Source of the DNA: the human T2T-CHM13v2.0 reference genome, Homo sapiens
Length of the DNA stretch: 64,000 nt
Assembly: GCF_009914755.1 (NCBI RefSeq)
Contig: NC_060925.1
Strand: one strand, 5' to 3'
This document shows, piece after piece, positions 16,141 to 31,696 of this stretch; position 1 is the first letter of the stretch, and the number at the start of each line of letters is the position of its first letter. A program made the position numbers and the translations under genes. Under the pieces are notes generated by a model. The model saw nothing but the letters and a program-made list of their open reading frames with translations, had not been told where the DNA came from and did no database searches.

Positions 16141-17961
16141 AATTGGGGTAGAAACACATATTGCCCAGTCATAGTATGGATTATATGAAATAATGCATGT
16201 AGAATACCTGGTGTATGGTGGGTACTGAGTAATGGTACCTGATGTCATCACAGTGTGGGTACGTGATTTTTCTTTGTTCCCTTTTTGTGGCATTTTTCCA
16301 TTAGTAAAGAATATATTTCCATTATAAAAATTTAAACAATTTAGTAACTATAGAGGTAGGAAAAGCACTTGAAATCCCATCACTCAAAGCAAACATGTGA
16401 CCTGCCTTCCAGACAGCTCTCTGCATAATGTATAAGTATGTATAGATTTTATATCATTGAAATCATAAAACACAATCTTTTTCCTTTTTTAGATGTATGT
16501 TGTGGACATATTTTCATGTTGACCAATATCAATATGCATCATCTTATATAATGGCTACATAGTATTCCATTTCAAAATATAATTATAACTAGTCTTTTGT
16601 AGATGGATGTGGGGGTATTGCTAGCATTTTGTTGTCATAAATAACTATGTGATGAACATTTTAGTGACAATATATTTAGATATGAGTAAATACATACCCA
16701 GAATAAATTCCTGCAGGAAATTGATACCACCAATAAGGTAGTACCTTCTCATTCCCCCACATCCCCTTTAATACTGGAACTTATTAACTTTGGTTAACAA
16801 TTTTCTTTTCTGAAACTAGAGTGAGATTTTAGAAGTTCAAATGTTGGAGGAAGGGTGAGTAGAAAAGCAGGGAGGAGGGATGTTCCAGGGGGCCGGCAGA
16901 GGCTTCTCTGCCAAGTGGGGCAGGGTTACCCCTTACAGACTCTAAGCAAGTACACCCAGCCCCTCCCCGCTGCAGGGAGCTGAGCCCTGGGGCCTCCCTT
17001 GCTCATAGGGGAGCCATGGAAGGTCTGAGGATGATCAAGACCTTTTCCTTATGACTGTGATGCACCTCCAGGTGAAGGTCTGGAGGAAGGTCAGTGGGCA
17101 CTGATGGGGTGTGCACAGACGGGCTTTTGAGATGAGGATGTCTGATGCTGTGGCCACTGGCCAGACAGACTTGGATGTTAGCGAGGTAAAAAGGAGAACT
17201 AATATTATTGAACACCTAGTATGTAGCAAGTGTTGTGTTGTTATTTACATAACATTCTCATTTGATTCTCAACAACCGTACTGCTATCATCTCCATTTAA
17301 CAGATGAGGAAACCAAGGCCACTAGAGGTTAGGACACCGGCCTGGGGTCGGATCAGCACTCGCACTCTGGTCTCTCCACTTCAACAAAGGGCAGCAGAGA
17401 AGCATTCCTTCCTTTAGTCACTCAACCAATTTGTAGTAGTCCCTTTCTGAATGCTTGCTAGTGAATGGGCTTCCCAAACTCGGAGCAGGGCCCAGAGCAA
17501 AGGGCTGCAGAAAGGGTCGCATTCAGGAACTGTGGCCGAGGAGATCCGGAGCAGGCGGTGAGGTTGCAGAGGGAACAACTGTGTCTATTGTATGAGAACC
17601 TGAGTCTGAAGGGACATCTTGGGGCCAGGTTGAGAGGCGGTATCCTAGCTGGGGGAGCTGGCAGGGTAGAGGCTGCAGGGTGAGGGTGCAGGGGGCTGGA
17701 GGTGGTGGAGCTGCCCTGGGATGGTCTGTGCGCAGAGGGCGCTGGAGACCCTCTCTGGGTGTTCTTGGAGCTGCCATAGCTGGTCCAGCCCAGAGGCTCC
17801 AGTGGGGCAACACCCAGTGGAAAAATGGGGGATTCTTAAAGGAGAATCCCCTTGAAAAGGGATTGAAGACAGGTACCATGAGATGGTGACAGTCCCCACT
17901 GACTTATTCAAGAGGATCAGGACAAGCTTTACACCTGCCCTTTTAAAACTTTGGTAAATTG

Positions 17962-18459
<498 letters not shown>

Positions 18460-19610
18460 TTAACTTGGAGCCTCCACCTTCCAGGGCTTCTATGTAGTTC
18501 TTGACATCAGGAACCCCATTTAATCCTCATGGCAGCCCTAGGAACTGGCTACTATGATTCCTGTTTTAGGGTAGAGAAAATTAATGCTCAGAGAAGTTCA
18601 TAACTTACCCAGGGTCACAGAGCTAATTGAGCGGGGCCTGGAGGCCTGGAGGACTTTCTTCAAAGTCCATTCTCTTTCCATGACATCACAGCATAGGCCA
18701 GGCTGCTGGTCCTCAGGGAGAGAGGGAAGGGGGTGTTAAGGTTTGCTTAAGATTGGCTTTCTTCAAAAAGGCATAGGGATGTTCAGAGAATGCGCATACG
18801 TTCCCGGATTCAGAAGTTGTCCTGCTTTCCCTCAGGCATCGGAAGTTGCTTTGTCCATGCAGAGTGAGAAGCTGCTGTTCACTGACCTGGGATTGACCAT
18901 AGGGGAGGCTGGTAGCTCTGGTGTCATCCAGGCTCAGTCGCCTTGGTGCCCGCCTGGCCCTTACCCACACCTTGGCCTGGGCTGGAGGAGGGGAGAGTTA
19001 AATGGAGAGTTCTATGTTGTCTCTGTATCTTGCATGCAACTCGGGTGAAAGGGCCTTAAGGGTTTCTTATCAACAGAATAAGTTCTTATCAACATACCCA
19101 TTTTCTAGTTCAGAAAATAGCCACTCAGGCTATGCAGCCACACGGCAGAGGGTGCATGTGTGTGCCTCTGTGTGTGTGTGCATTTGGCAACTGGGTTGGG
19201 GCAAAAACTAACATTGGCAGCCCTGGGGATTAAGGGGAGGTTTGTAGCTTCTAAATTTTGGAAAAACAGCCTCCTAGCCATGGAACTCCTGTGTCCTGTG
19301 TAGTTCCACCTTCTGGCTTTACTTCTTCAGGGCTACAGTGAAAGAAGTAATGCCATCTCCAAGCATAGGCCACCATGGCCTGTGGGCCATGTTTGAAGTG
19401 GTGACTTGGCGGTAACCTTCAGGGACTGTGAAGCCCAGAAGCAGGCCTGGTAGAAGTAGGCAGGCCGTCTTGGCTTCAGTTTACCACTCCCTAACCTCCC
19501 TGTCCTGTCCTGCCGGCCCACTGTGATCTCTGGAGGAGGTTTCCACTAGAAACCGCCATCTGTTTGGGCCTAAGGGCTCTGTGCTCCTAATATGGCCCAG
19601 GGAGGGTCCG

Positions 19611-20335
19611 TGTTGTGGATTGAACTGGGCTTTCCCCAAAAATGATATACTTAAGTCCTAACGCCCAGGCTGAGCATGGTGAATCATGCCTGTAATCCCA
19701 GCACTTTGGGAGACTGAAGTGGGAGGATCACTTGAGGCGGGGAGTTTGATACCAGCCTGGGCAACATAGAGAGACCCTGTTTCAACAGCAACAAAAAAAT
19801 CAACTGGGCATGGTGGCACACACCTGTAGTCCTAGCTACTCAGGACACTGAGGTAGGATGATGGCTTGAACCTAGGAGTTCGAGGTTATAGTGAGCTATG
19901 GTCATGCCACTGTACTCCAACCTGGGTGAGAGAGTGAGACCCTGTCTTAAAAAAAGAAAAAAAAAAGTTCTAACCCCCAGTAGTTCAGAATGCAACCTTA
20001 TTCGGAAATATGGTAGTTGCAGGTGTCATTAAGATGAGGTCGCACTGGAGTAGGATGGCCTCCTGATTCAAGATGACTGGTATTCTTATAAGAAGACAGA
20101 AGCACAGGGAGAACGCCACGTGACGATGGACACAGAGGCTGGAGTCATGCAGCTGCACACCAAGGAATCCAGCAAATCATCAGAAGCCAGAAAGAGGCAA
20201 CAAAGGACTCTCCTGCATATTTCAGAGCGGGCCTGGCCCAGCCAACACTTGATTTCAAGCTAGCCTCCAGAACTGCGAGACAGTAATTTTCTGTTTAAGT
20301 CACCTGGTTCATGGTACTTGGTTCCAGTGGTCCTG
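19611..20335 (+). mobile_element. MaLR solo LTR (MLT1-like) interrupted by an Alu (19668-19965)
   Basis: tgttgtggattgaactg start; MLT1 motifs taagatgaggtc and agcctccagaactgcgaga; Alu TSD aagt(c/t)ctaac. Confidence 0.8.
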
Positions 20336-21142
20336 GGTGCTGAGGTCCTTGGCCCTCCATCCCAGCTCCTGGTTGTGGCTCCCTTCTGGGGAGAGGGGCT
20401 CCTATTGTGGTTTGTCTCCTTCATTTCCCTTTACAGTTGCCTCCTTCTATATACTTTCATAGGCCCCTCTTCCAAATCCTGGAAGCACATTTACTTCCCT
20501 CAAAGCATCCCCTAGCAATAGGGATAGGGGCTGTCATTGGAAGGAAAGGCTACAAAGGGGAAAGGATCATTTGATTTTACAGATGGCAATGTCAATATCA
20601 AGAAATGCCTGTTCTCCCGGAGAAACTACAGCTAGTTTCTCCTTAATCTGTTGCTGCCTCTTGTTTGCAAGATCCTTGTCCTCTTTAGTGATGACAGAAT
20701 CCCCTGCCTCCTCTTGGCCCCTGTGATAAGGTCACAGGATTTACCTGGAGTCTCATCTCCTCTGGAAGCTCCCCAGAGCTGCCTGCACCCTGAAGCCCTC
20801 CCTGCCTGTTCTGGCTGGCAACTGTCTCTAGTTGAGCAAGCTTCCTAGGTCTGTGCCACAGCCAGGCCCCTGCTTTGGGCTGTCTCTGTTGTTAGTTATC
20901 TTTTCACATGTGCATCACATCTGCCCAGTGAGCCTGGGTTTCCCAGGTTTCTTTTCTAATTCATCCTCACCCTCGGGCTAGCACAGAGCACGAGGAAGCC
21001 CCCATGCTCCAGACATTGATGCTGCTGCCAGAGGCGATGGCACTAGCTGCCCAGGGAGGGCTGAACCCTTCCTTCCTAGAAGCCATGCTCCACCCAGAGT
21101 TTCACTTTTCCCTCCCTCCTTCCTCATCCAAACTGAGCACCT

Positions 21143-21420
21143 GGCCGGGTGCGGTGGCTCACACCTGTAATCCCAGCACTTTGGGAGGCAGAGGTGGGCA
21201 AATCGCTTGAGCCCAGGAGTTCGAGACCAGCCTGGGAAAAATGGTGAAACCCTTTTTTAATTAGCCAGGTGCAGTGGTGGGCGCCTGCAGTACCAGCTAC
21301 TCAGGAGACTGAGGTGAGCCCGGGAGGTGGAGTTTGCAGAGAGCCACGATAGTGCCACTGCACTGCAGCCTGGGTGGCAGAGTGAAACCTTGCCTCAAAA
21401 AGAAAAAACAAAAAACAAAA
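21143..21420 (+). mobile_element. Alu
   Basis: Dimer with internal deletions; TSD aaa(c/t)tgagcacc. Confidence 0.9.
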
Positions 21421-21878
21421 CATAAATTGAGCACCAGCTGAAGGCTGTGGAGGACAGTGGAATACCAAGGGCAGGGGTTGGTTTGGTTTGGCAGCAGCTG
21501 GTGACGAGCTGCCTTAAGGGAACTGTGGTCTGTGGAGAATTAACCACTGGGTCTAGTGGAATGTGGCTCTGTCTTTGGAATCTCACGGGTCTCCCCAATC
21601 CCTGAAAATGTCAGGCCTGCAGGCTGTTGCTTTTGGGTTTGGAGAAAGGCATGGGGGCTCTGACTTCATCTCTGCTGGCCTAAAAGCCCTGGGCTTGGCA
21701 TTTCCAGGACGAGGAAGTATGAAGATGTGCTTCAGAGGTTTTGCTGCAGCCTGTGATTACATGGTCCGATGGAACAAAGTCTTTGGTGCTCAAACATGCT
21801 TCTTATAAAATCCCAGAACACTTCTCAGAGTCTTCTGCTACTTAGTGTTGTCCAGCTCAGCATGGTGATGTTTTCAGG

Positions 21879-21915
21879 GTGTGTGTGTGTGTGTGTCTGT
21901 GTGTGTGTGTGTGGT

Positions 21916-21957
<42 letters not shown>
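21879..21957. repeat. Compound (TG)n(GA)n microsatellite
   Basis: Read directly from sequence. Confidence 0.95.
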
Positions 21958-23706
21958 TGGAAATTGAGAGATTCAGATGCACAGGTGGACATAGACTGCC
22001 TGTGCCAACAGGACAAGGAGCTAAAAGAGGAGGAGAGAGAAATTCCTCCTCTCCCAGGTGCCTTCCCATTTGTGAGTTATGGCAGCTGTCATCACCGTGG
22101 AGCTGGGCGAGCTTTCAGTCCTTCCTCCTTTTCCTTGCTGCCATTTCTTGGCATCCTCAGAGCATTCTTCATCGCTCAGAGCTCTACCAGAGCCATACAG
22201 GTGTGTCCCAGGGCCAGCGCCAGGAACAATGCTGCCCATTGTGGGTTCTGGCCTCAGTGCTCCCTTATCAAAACCCTGGTATTTCTGGGCACTGCGGGCA
22301 GAAGTTTGGCCTGCACTTCCCTTTGTACCCTTCACCTTACTAAAGGGGAGGCTGTTTTTGTGCTGAGCAAGAGGTCTCCCACGGAGGACCAGAAATGCAT
22401 GGGGGTGCCTGCAGGTAGATGGGTGCATGCCCCAGGGAATTGACTTCATTCATTTCTGTCTCCAAGTGAGAGGAGGAGGGAGGCGTAGAGAAGCGTGGGA
22501 TCTGAAGGAGAGGATATTGGTGGGCTTCACTTTCGAGCACAAAGGAGATGAGCAGTGAAGGTTCCAGACACTGTTACAGAAAGGTGGTCAGGCCATGGGT
22601 AGGAAGGTCGTGCGGTTCTGGGATCTCTGTGTGTCCCCACATTTGTCAGGGTGCTCCCCTATGGACATTAGTGGCAAAACCCGTGCAAGAAACATGGTCC
22701 AGGTGCTTATCTTTGGGGGAGTAAGGGAAGGGGCAGCTGGGGAGAGGGGGGTGTCATTCCAAAGCTCCCCAAAAGTGGGGAGAAAAGGAGCCATCACCCC
22801 TCTGCCAAGATAGAGTGTGCTGTGGTGGCTTTTAAAAATCGACACCAAATGTACTGAATTTTTGGAGCTTGTTAGAAGGAAGGAAAAGCATTTCGAGGTG
22901 CCTGAGCCCTTATCAACAAAAAGTGGCCCCCTAATCCCCAGGTATGCAATCAAGTCCAGGCTGTCACGACTCCTGCCACAAAACCCGCCCACCCTAACCC
23001 ATCCTCATGACTTGCCTTCACAGTCCAGAAGGAAAATTTATGAGATTCCAGCGCCTAGAAGGCTGGGCCTTCTGGCCGAGCTGAGGCACCTCCAGAATAG
23101 GTGACTCCAGCTGACCTGGCAGCTATCTGTGAGGACCACACCTCAGATCCGAGCATTTTCCCTGCGGATGGACTTGTGTTACTTTCTTCTGCTGCCACCT
23201 TGTCTTCACTACCCCCCACCCCCGCTCCCCTGCCCTTCCCTCGCCTCCCTGAGTCTCCTGCTGCCTTTGACTTCACCTCCCTTCTGCCAGGAGGCTCCAA
23301 AGAGAGCCCTTGAGAAAGCTGGAAAATACTAGCAGCCTTGGTGCTGCCACCAATGAGCTGTGTGTCATTGGGCACCTCACTTTTTCTCTCTGGCCTCAGT
23401 TTCCCCATCTCTGAGGTAGTCCCCAAAGCTCTTTTCAACTCTGGTCACTAAGTCTCTGCTTCCATGGAAGTGAACATTGTCGATGGAATGTGCTTCCCCC
23501 GCTGAATCCCCGGATCTGGGATGTGGTCTGTGGGCTATTTCAGCTGCATTCAGAGTAGCATCCCCACATTCTAGCCTAGGCCGGGTCAGAGAGAGGTAAC
23601 AGCACTTCCTGCTGATGATAATGCCTTTGTCTCTGGAAGCACTTTTAATTCTTCAAGATATGTCCTCCTTTATAACTAGAAGCAGGCAGGGGAGCTATTA
23701 CCCATA

Positions 23707-23937
23707 CAGGCTGAGTATCCTTTATCTGAAATGCTTGAGACCGGAAGTGTTTCTGATTTTGGACTTTTTTCAGATTTGGGAATATGTATGATACCAGTCA
23801 AGCATCCCAAATTTGAAAATCAAAAATCCGAATTGCTCCAGTGAGCACTTCCTTAGAGTGTCATGTCGATGCTCAAAGAGTTTCAGATTTTGGAGCATCT
23901 TGGAGATCTGATTTTCAGCTTGGGGATGCACAACCTG
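23707..23937 (+). mobile_element. Tigger4a/MER46-like TcMar MITE
   Basis: TA|caggctgagtatcc...ggatgcacaacctg|TA terminal inverted repeats with TA target duplication. Confidence 0.85.
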
Positions 23938-24367
23938 TATTTTACAGATTGGCAACATAAGGCCCATAAAAGTCAAGTCCTTCCCCAGGGATTTATGGGT
24001 GCTGGTGATTAATGTAAAGTGGTAGAAAGAGCACCAGTCTGGGAGGCAGAAGTTCTGACCTTGAGAAAGTCACTCAGTCTCTAGGCACTGATTTTCTATC
24101 TGTAAAATGGAAATAATAATGATTGCAGAGTCACACAAAGTAATGCAGGTGAAAGCAGTTTGCAAACGCGTAGAGCACTTAACTTGCATCCTTCCTGGGG
24201 GATCCGAGAGCAGGGTGGCATTCTCACGCTGTCTCCCGCCCCACCACTTCTCTCCTGCACTGCTCTTCCCACTGGGAACTAATGCAATCTCCAAGGTTAT
24301 TTCTCTGGGTGAAAGTGGGGAGGAATCCTGCCTGTCCTCTAATCTCCCTTTTGTTCTTTACCTCCAG

Positions 24368-24489
24368 ACTGTAAATTCACCTGTCACCCAGAATGCCGCA
24401 GCCTGATCCAGTTGGACTGCAGTCAGCAGGAGGGTTTATCCCGGGACAGACCCTCTCCAGAAAGCACCCTCACCGTGACCTTCAGCCAG
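24368..24489 (+). CDS. RASSF5: RASSF5 (NORE1A) internal coding exon 2, 122 bp; C-terminal half of the C1/DAG-type zinc finger plus linker
   Basis: Polypyrimidine tract and acceptor cctccag|AC; donor CAG|gtaggt. Translates (N)CKFTCHPECRSLIQLDCSQQEGLSRDRPSPESTLTVTFSQ, matching recalled human NORE1A and the C-x4-H-x2-C-x7-C end of the C1 consensus. Phase 1 in, phase 0 out. Confidence 0.97.
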
Positions 24490-26209
24490 GTAGGTGCCAA
24501 AGCTCTCGTACCAAGCTGGGAACAGCCTCTGCAGGTGCCCCGGGCTCCACTTTCTCTCCCAGGAGCTCTGGTGAGCAGGAGGTGGCATGAGGCCTCAGAT
24601 TCCACATGCACTGGATGGAGTTCACAGACACCCTGTTCCAAGGGGACTAGGGGAAGTGACACAGAGAACTCTGAAGATACTCAGAAGTCCCCTGTAGTTC
24701 TCCCCAAGTACAGAGCCTATTGTGGCTTAGGGCTCTGAGCCAGAGATGTGGGTATGAGTGAGCAGTGGGGTGGCTTCCAGAGAAGCCTTCTGACGGTCCC
24801 TAAAGGCCTCATAGCCCTGGGACAGTGGGGATGCTGGGGCTGAGGCATCTCAAGCACATTGTCCAGCCAGGCCAGCCCAACCTTCAGAGAGGCTGGGCAA
24901 ATGTTCTCTCCCTGTGTTAAAGAACCAGAAAATTGATGTCCAAAGCAGCTTTTGGTTCTGGGTTTTGTAAAGACACTTGAACTGTGATGTATCTGAACTT
25001 TTATTTCTAGGATTTAGAATGGAGACAGAGGAGTGTGTTTATTGCTTCTTGCATTGAACAAGCATTTGTTGAGTATCTACTGTGTACCAAGCATGGGTGA
25101 GAGTTGGGGTAATAAATGCTACGTCACAATTCTTGTCCTCAGACAGCTTGCATTCTGGCAGGGGAGGCAGAATACCAACAAATAGCATACACTGTGATGC
25201 ATTTTGCAATAAAAGTATGAACCAAGTGTTTGGATATATAGTGCAATTGTTTCTGCTGGGAGAAATCAGGGAAGGCTTCCCAGAGGAGGTGATGTTTGAT
25301 TTAAGCCTTAATGTGTGGGTTGAAGGTTGCGAGTCAGGGAAGTAAGAATATCATCCTTTAATTCATTTAACAAATAAGTTTCGAGTGTTCACCATGTGCC
25401 AGGCCCAGGGATGCTGAGGATTTAATGATGAAAATTACAGACATGGTTTCTACACATCCGGTGCTTACAGTAGGGTAAGGGAGTGAGACTTTAAACAAAT
25501 ATATCCTGTGTCTCTGACGGAAAATCTCAAGGTGCTCTGAGAAACTATACTGGGGGACCCAGGTGCTGGATGGGAGACTCACGAGCAGCCCCCCGGTCTC
25601 CAGAGTAGCCATCACATGCTTTTTCTGGAACACAATCAACAGTGTTCAAATGCCTAATTCACCATGGGTGTTACCAGCCTCCCAGCTGTTCCCTCACGCC
25701 TTTCTCTCTCCCTGGAAAAAGAATTATTAGAAAGCAAGAATGATATATGTTTTTATAAGGGTGATGCTGGATTAGTTCTAAAATGTATATTTTAAAACTC
25801 TGCACATCGCTCCACAGACGTTGGAATAGTAACTATTTCTGGTGTAGCCTGAATGTAGCCTCTTGGAAGGGCCTTACCCTTAGCAGGAACTGTCTACCCA
25901 GGATGGGACACAGGGAAAGGAGAGGAGGCACATCTGGCCCCCAAAAGTGCTGATGGGCAATGCAGATGTTTCCTGAAGGTTTTCCTCAGAAGATAGAGGG
26001 AGGAGGTTACATAGTACACCATATAGCAACATTTCCTAAAAATCTTATTGAAACAACCTTTTCTGGTCTCAATTTGCTTTTCTCTTTGGGAACTTCCAAG
26101 TGTCTCTTCTTTCTGATCTCCTCAGCCCTGCACGCCACCCTGGAGCCTGGCTGTCCCCATTACTTCCTGGGTCTCCTCTTTGTGTCTCTTTCTGTTCCTT
26201 CCTTTAGAG

Positions 26210-26414
26210 CAGCAGGTCTCAAAAGGCGGCAATTTTACTCACCCCCTAGGACATTTGTCTGGAGACATTTTTGGTTGTCACAACTTAGAGGATGCTACTG
26301 ATTCTAGAAGAGGCCAGGAATGCTGCTAGCCGGCCTGTTTTGCATAGAACAGCCCCCCACAACAAAGAATTATCTGACCTCAAATGTCAGTTGGGCGAAG
26401 ACTGAGAAACCCTG
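26210..26414 (+). mobile_element. MER20-like hAT-Charlie element
   Basis: gtctggagacatttttggttgtcacaac...tgagaaaccctg; 8-bp TSD ctttagag/ccctagag. Confidence 0.85.
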
Positions 26415-27095
26415 CCCTAGAGTGGGCTAGCCAGCTCCCAAGTGTGGCAGGCAAAAGGCCCAGGGAAGGCCTGGAGTTGGCTGGATTCGTTGTCTCATCC
26501 TCCAAATGTCAGCAGTGAAGAGATGCTTTCATGTCTGAGTTTTTGGAAACAGAGTGACCCCCTTTCCTCTGCTGGAGAGAGGAGTCAACCTTGGAACCCT
26601 CTGGCAAGTGAAATCAGGGCTTGTCTAGAGCAGAAACACCACTGAAACATTGCAGAGGAAGGAGCCAAGAACCCCGCGTGGGAGCTGAACCGCCCCCAGT
26701 GGGCAAACAGCCTGGCATGGGGTTTGCTCCTGGGCTGGCCAGATCAGGCTGCTGCTGTATTTGCCTTGGACAGGCCTGCCTGCATGCTTCAGCAGAACTG
26801 GGGCAGGACCCAGCCCTCTATCAATAAAACCTGGGCCCTGCTCCAGGCCCACTTGCCTCTTCTAAAAAGCCTGTTTGTGCTCATTTCCGCCTTGGCTTGA
26901 TTTTCTGTTAAATCTCAAGATGGAGCTTTCTTTCACCTTGACATCATCGACCTGGGCTGAGCTAACTTCATGTGCTAGTGCTGTTTTCTTGGGGGATTTA
27001 AGGGAGCAGGGGCTCAGATCTGAGCTCAGCTACTTCCGGGTATATATGGCTTAGGGGGGTCTCGTCTCAGTGGCATTTCTCCTCTCTGATATACA

Positions 27096-27454
<359 letters not shown>

Positions 27455-28361
27455 TAACATTTTTATATGTTCTTCCTGAACATTCATACATTTTTCAAAA
27501 CATGATTGAGATCATCCTGTAGATAAGCATTTGGCCTCAACATTTCAAAAGCAACAATCCCAAGGTTCTGTCTTGTCTCTGCCATGCCACAGGGAGGCAG
27601 CTGGGGAGGAAGGAGGGACAGGTGTGGAAGCGGGCAGGAATGAGCTCAGAATCCCCAGTGGCAAACTCAAAAGGTCATCGGAAATAGGCATCAGAAACCG
27701 AGGAAGGCCGCTGGGAGCTGTCTGTGCTTTTGTCAACCACAGAAATGAGGGTTTTGGAGTTTCTCCTTAAAGATCTCTGAGGTCTCTGATATCTGACTTT
27801 TCCTTGGGCACCCATGCGTGACCAAGCAAATCTCCTTCAAGTCTACCCTAGACCCCTTTTTCAGTTTAAGCCTCATTTGCTAAGGAACATCATCGCTATT
27901 GGCTAAAGACCACAATCAGTTACCCAAACAGCTGCAGTTCTTCTATTTAGGATTATACCCCAAAGAATTTATACTTCTGGTGGTCTTAACGGTGCTCTTA
28001 TCCTGTCACCCCTGGGAGGAAAAAAGCCCTCAGTGGCTCCTGGTGCCCTCACGATGAAGTGAGGCCTCTGATGGCTTGGTTCAGTCCTTTCGCTGCCTAT
28101 GGAGAAGCTGGCCCCAAGAGAAGAAGTCTTTGTCCTTGCCCACCACTGGATTCTCATTATCACCCACTGCGGCCCAGGGCAACCCCGGCAGCTCTGTCCC
28201 TTTGGCCTTGGGTGCCGCTTTTCTTGGTACATGGAATGCACAGATTGCAAGAGAGAAACATAAGCACTATTCCTTCTACTCCAATCCCTTGCAGCCAGTG
28301 CTCAAATTTTATGCCAGCAGGCCCAGAGTCCTACCCCTTCCTCCTGACCCTCTAGAGTCCC

Positions 28362-28772
28362 TGATATGGTTTGGATGTGTGTCCCCTCCAAATCTCATGT
28401 TGATGTGTGGCCTCCAATGTTGGAGGTGGGACTGTTGGGAGGTGTTTGGGTCATGGGGGTGGATCCCTCATGAATGACTTGGTGCTGTCCTGCAATAATG
28501 AATGAGCTCTCGCTCTATTAGTTCACACAAGAGCTGGTTGTTTAAGACAACCCTAGCATCTCTTTTTTGCTGTCTCTCTCGAATGTGACACGCCTGCTCC
28601 CCCTTCCCCTTCTACCATGAGTAAAAGCTTCCTGAGGCCTCCCCAGAAGCCAAGCAGATGCTGGTGTAATGCTTGTACAGCCTGAAGAACCCCAAGCCAA
28701 ATAAACCTTTTCTCTTTGTAAATTACCCAGCCTCAGGTATTCCTATATAGCAACACAAAATGGACTAAGACA
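28362..28772 (+). mobile_element. MaLR solo LTR (MST-like)
   Basis: tgatatggtttggatg...aaataaacc...ggactaagaca; TG...CA ends. Confidence 0.9.
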
Positions 28773-29126
28773 GTTCCTGGGCAGCAACCTCGGAAACCAG
28801 GCTCCCAGGCCCTCAGCTGCAAAGGCCAGCCCCTCCCATGGCCGTTCCCAGACCACACTCAGGCACTTTCCCCACTCAGGACTCAGGCCCTGCTCATGTT
28901 CCACCTGTCTACTATTTACTTAACATTTCTCTTTAAATAGACTTATTTTATTAAATTTAAATAAACTTACATTAAAGGAAATTTTAAAATATCCTCGAAT
29001 CACTGGTTTGATGTACTTAGGAATTTTTTCTCAGCACACATTAAATGAATACTTATAATTTCTTTTAATATGTGTCTAAGGACTGCCTCAAATTTACTCC
29101 ACAAATATTTATTAAGCCAGGCACTA

Positions 29127-29437
29127 GCCAGGCACAGTGGCTCACACCTATAATGTCAGCACTTTGTGAGGTCAAGGCAGGAGGATTGCTTAAGCCCAGG
29201 AGTTTGAGACCAGCCTGGGCAACATAGCAAGGCCTTGTCTCTACTAAAAATTAAAAACATTGGCCAGGTGTGGTGGTGGTGTGCATCTGTAGTGCTAGCT
29301 ACTTGGGAGGCTGAGGTAGGAGGACAGCTTGAACTGAGGAGAAGGAGGCTACAGTGAGCTATGATCATGCCACATGCCACTGTACTCCCATCTGGGCAGC
29401 AGAGTGAGACCTTGACTAAAAAAAAAAAAAAAAAAAA
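29127..29437 (+). mobile_element. Alu (J-like)
   Basis: Dimer with long A-tail. Confidence 0.92.
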
Positions 29438-29753
29438 TCCACGCACTGTTCTAAAGTCCTTTCAGGTGTCATTTGTGGGAGATGCTGCCCTATCGAGGCC
29501 ACTCTCTTTGGCCATCTGGTGCCTGGACTACCAGGGCACTGGGTCCAGGGAGTGCCTAAGGGGCAGTGTGAGCAGTGGAGAGAGCTCCTGGGATGCTGAG
29601 AAGGAATTGCCAGCTGTTCTTACCAATACCAAGGTGCTCTTCCAAAGGAGACTTGGATCTGTATATACTGATACGGAATTGTGCAGCATGAATGCAGGTC
29701 CCTCCACGGTACACATAGGACCAGGCCATTTGTATTTTGCATGTATATATACA

Positions 29754-29788
29754 CGTGTGTGTGTATGTGTGTGTGTGTGTGTGTGTGT
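29754..29788. repeat. (TG)n microsatellite
   Basis: Read directly from sequence. Confidence 0.92.
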
Positions 29789-29920
29789 AAATGCAGAACG
29801 AGGGCCTGGTAGTGCTCAGCTAACTACTGAAAGAGATTTCACCCTGGAAGGGGGTGGACGTTGAAAGGGGTAGAGTGAGGCTCTCACCTTTTGCCCTTTG
29901 TTTCTGTGTTGTTTGAATAG

Positions 29921-30247
<327 letters not shown>

Positions 30248-31513
30248 CTAATGTCATATTATTAAAAGGCAGTAAATGTTTTCTTAAAACACAGACCCTT
30301 GGCCTGGGTGACTGAATAGCTAGGTTCTAATCCAGATTGTGTAGACGAAATACTTGACATATGAGCCAGGACAAGCCTCTTAGTTTCTTTGAGTCTCAGG
30401 TTTCTCTTCTGAGAAATGGGACCCTGTGAGGCTCCAGCGAGAAGAGGTGTGTGAAAGCATGAGTGGACAAAAGCATGAGTATTCTAGGTGGCAGTCCTGG
30501 GCCATCTCTGGTACCTCTAACAGTCTTGCTAGATGTAGATTTTTTAACTGTGTAACTCCTGTGATGAAAGCCCTCAGTGGCTTCCCATTGCCCTCAGAAT
30601 GAGTCTAAATCTGGATTAGCACACACAACCCTTATGGTCTGGCTCTGCCAACTCTCCAAAACACCAGAAAGTAGGGTTGTTGTCCTGGATATAAAACCAG
30701 GACTCTCTGGCTTTGTGGTTTGGGTGGACATTTTTTGCTATAAGGTTTATGACTATTGTTGAGGCCCCAAGTCACTATTCCACCCTGTGGATGAGTCCCT
30801 GTCCCCACTCACCAAAGGAGCAGATGGCTTCCAGGGTTCCAGGATAGATCAGCCGGCCAGCCAGCATTTCAGCCTTGCAGGTCCCTGCTGCCTTTCTGCC
30901 TACACCCCCAACCCCAAACACTGTCAAGCCTTAGCAGGGCCCCTGCTGCAATCACCCCTCAGCCCCTGCAGCAGAGTAGTGACTCCGCTGGCTTGGAGTT
31001 CTGTGCTTCCTGGCTCCCAGTCCTTTGCTCCCTCCTGCAGACATGCCACTGTCTGCATTAACGCGGTCTCTACCTTTCCAGACCCTTGAGAAAAAAAAAA
31101 AAGCTCCTGCGGCCAGTCCTGCCTTGTCCCTCAGCCCAACAGCCACGTGTTGAACCCAGGATGACCACGTGGGGGAGCCAGAGAGCAAGAAGAAATGCGC
31201 CTAAAAGGGCAGGTGCTGGGGGTGGGGGGATGTGTCCTTTCCTGAGGCCCCGGGCTCCCTAACACACTTGATAGACCTACCTGCACATCTCTCAGGAAGT
31301 GCAGGGTCTTGGGTCCCTTCTGGAAGCTTCAACACATGTTAATTGAACTGTGACTGATAACAACAGTAGCTGACATTTTTTGAGGCATACCTGTGTTCTG
31401 TCTACTCATTTCATTTATTATTGAAAGAAGTGTTGAAATCTCCAACTATAATTGTGGATTTGTGTATTTCTCTTTACAGTTAATATGCCTGTATTTTGAA
31501 GCTCCATTATTAG

Positions 31514-31696
<183 letters not shown>
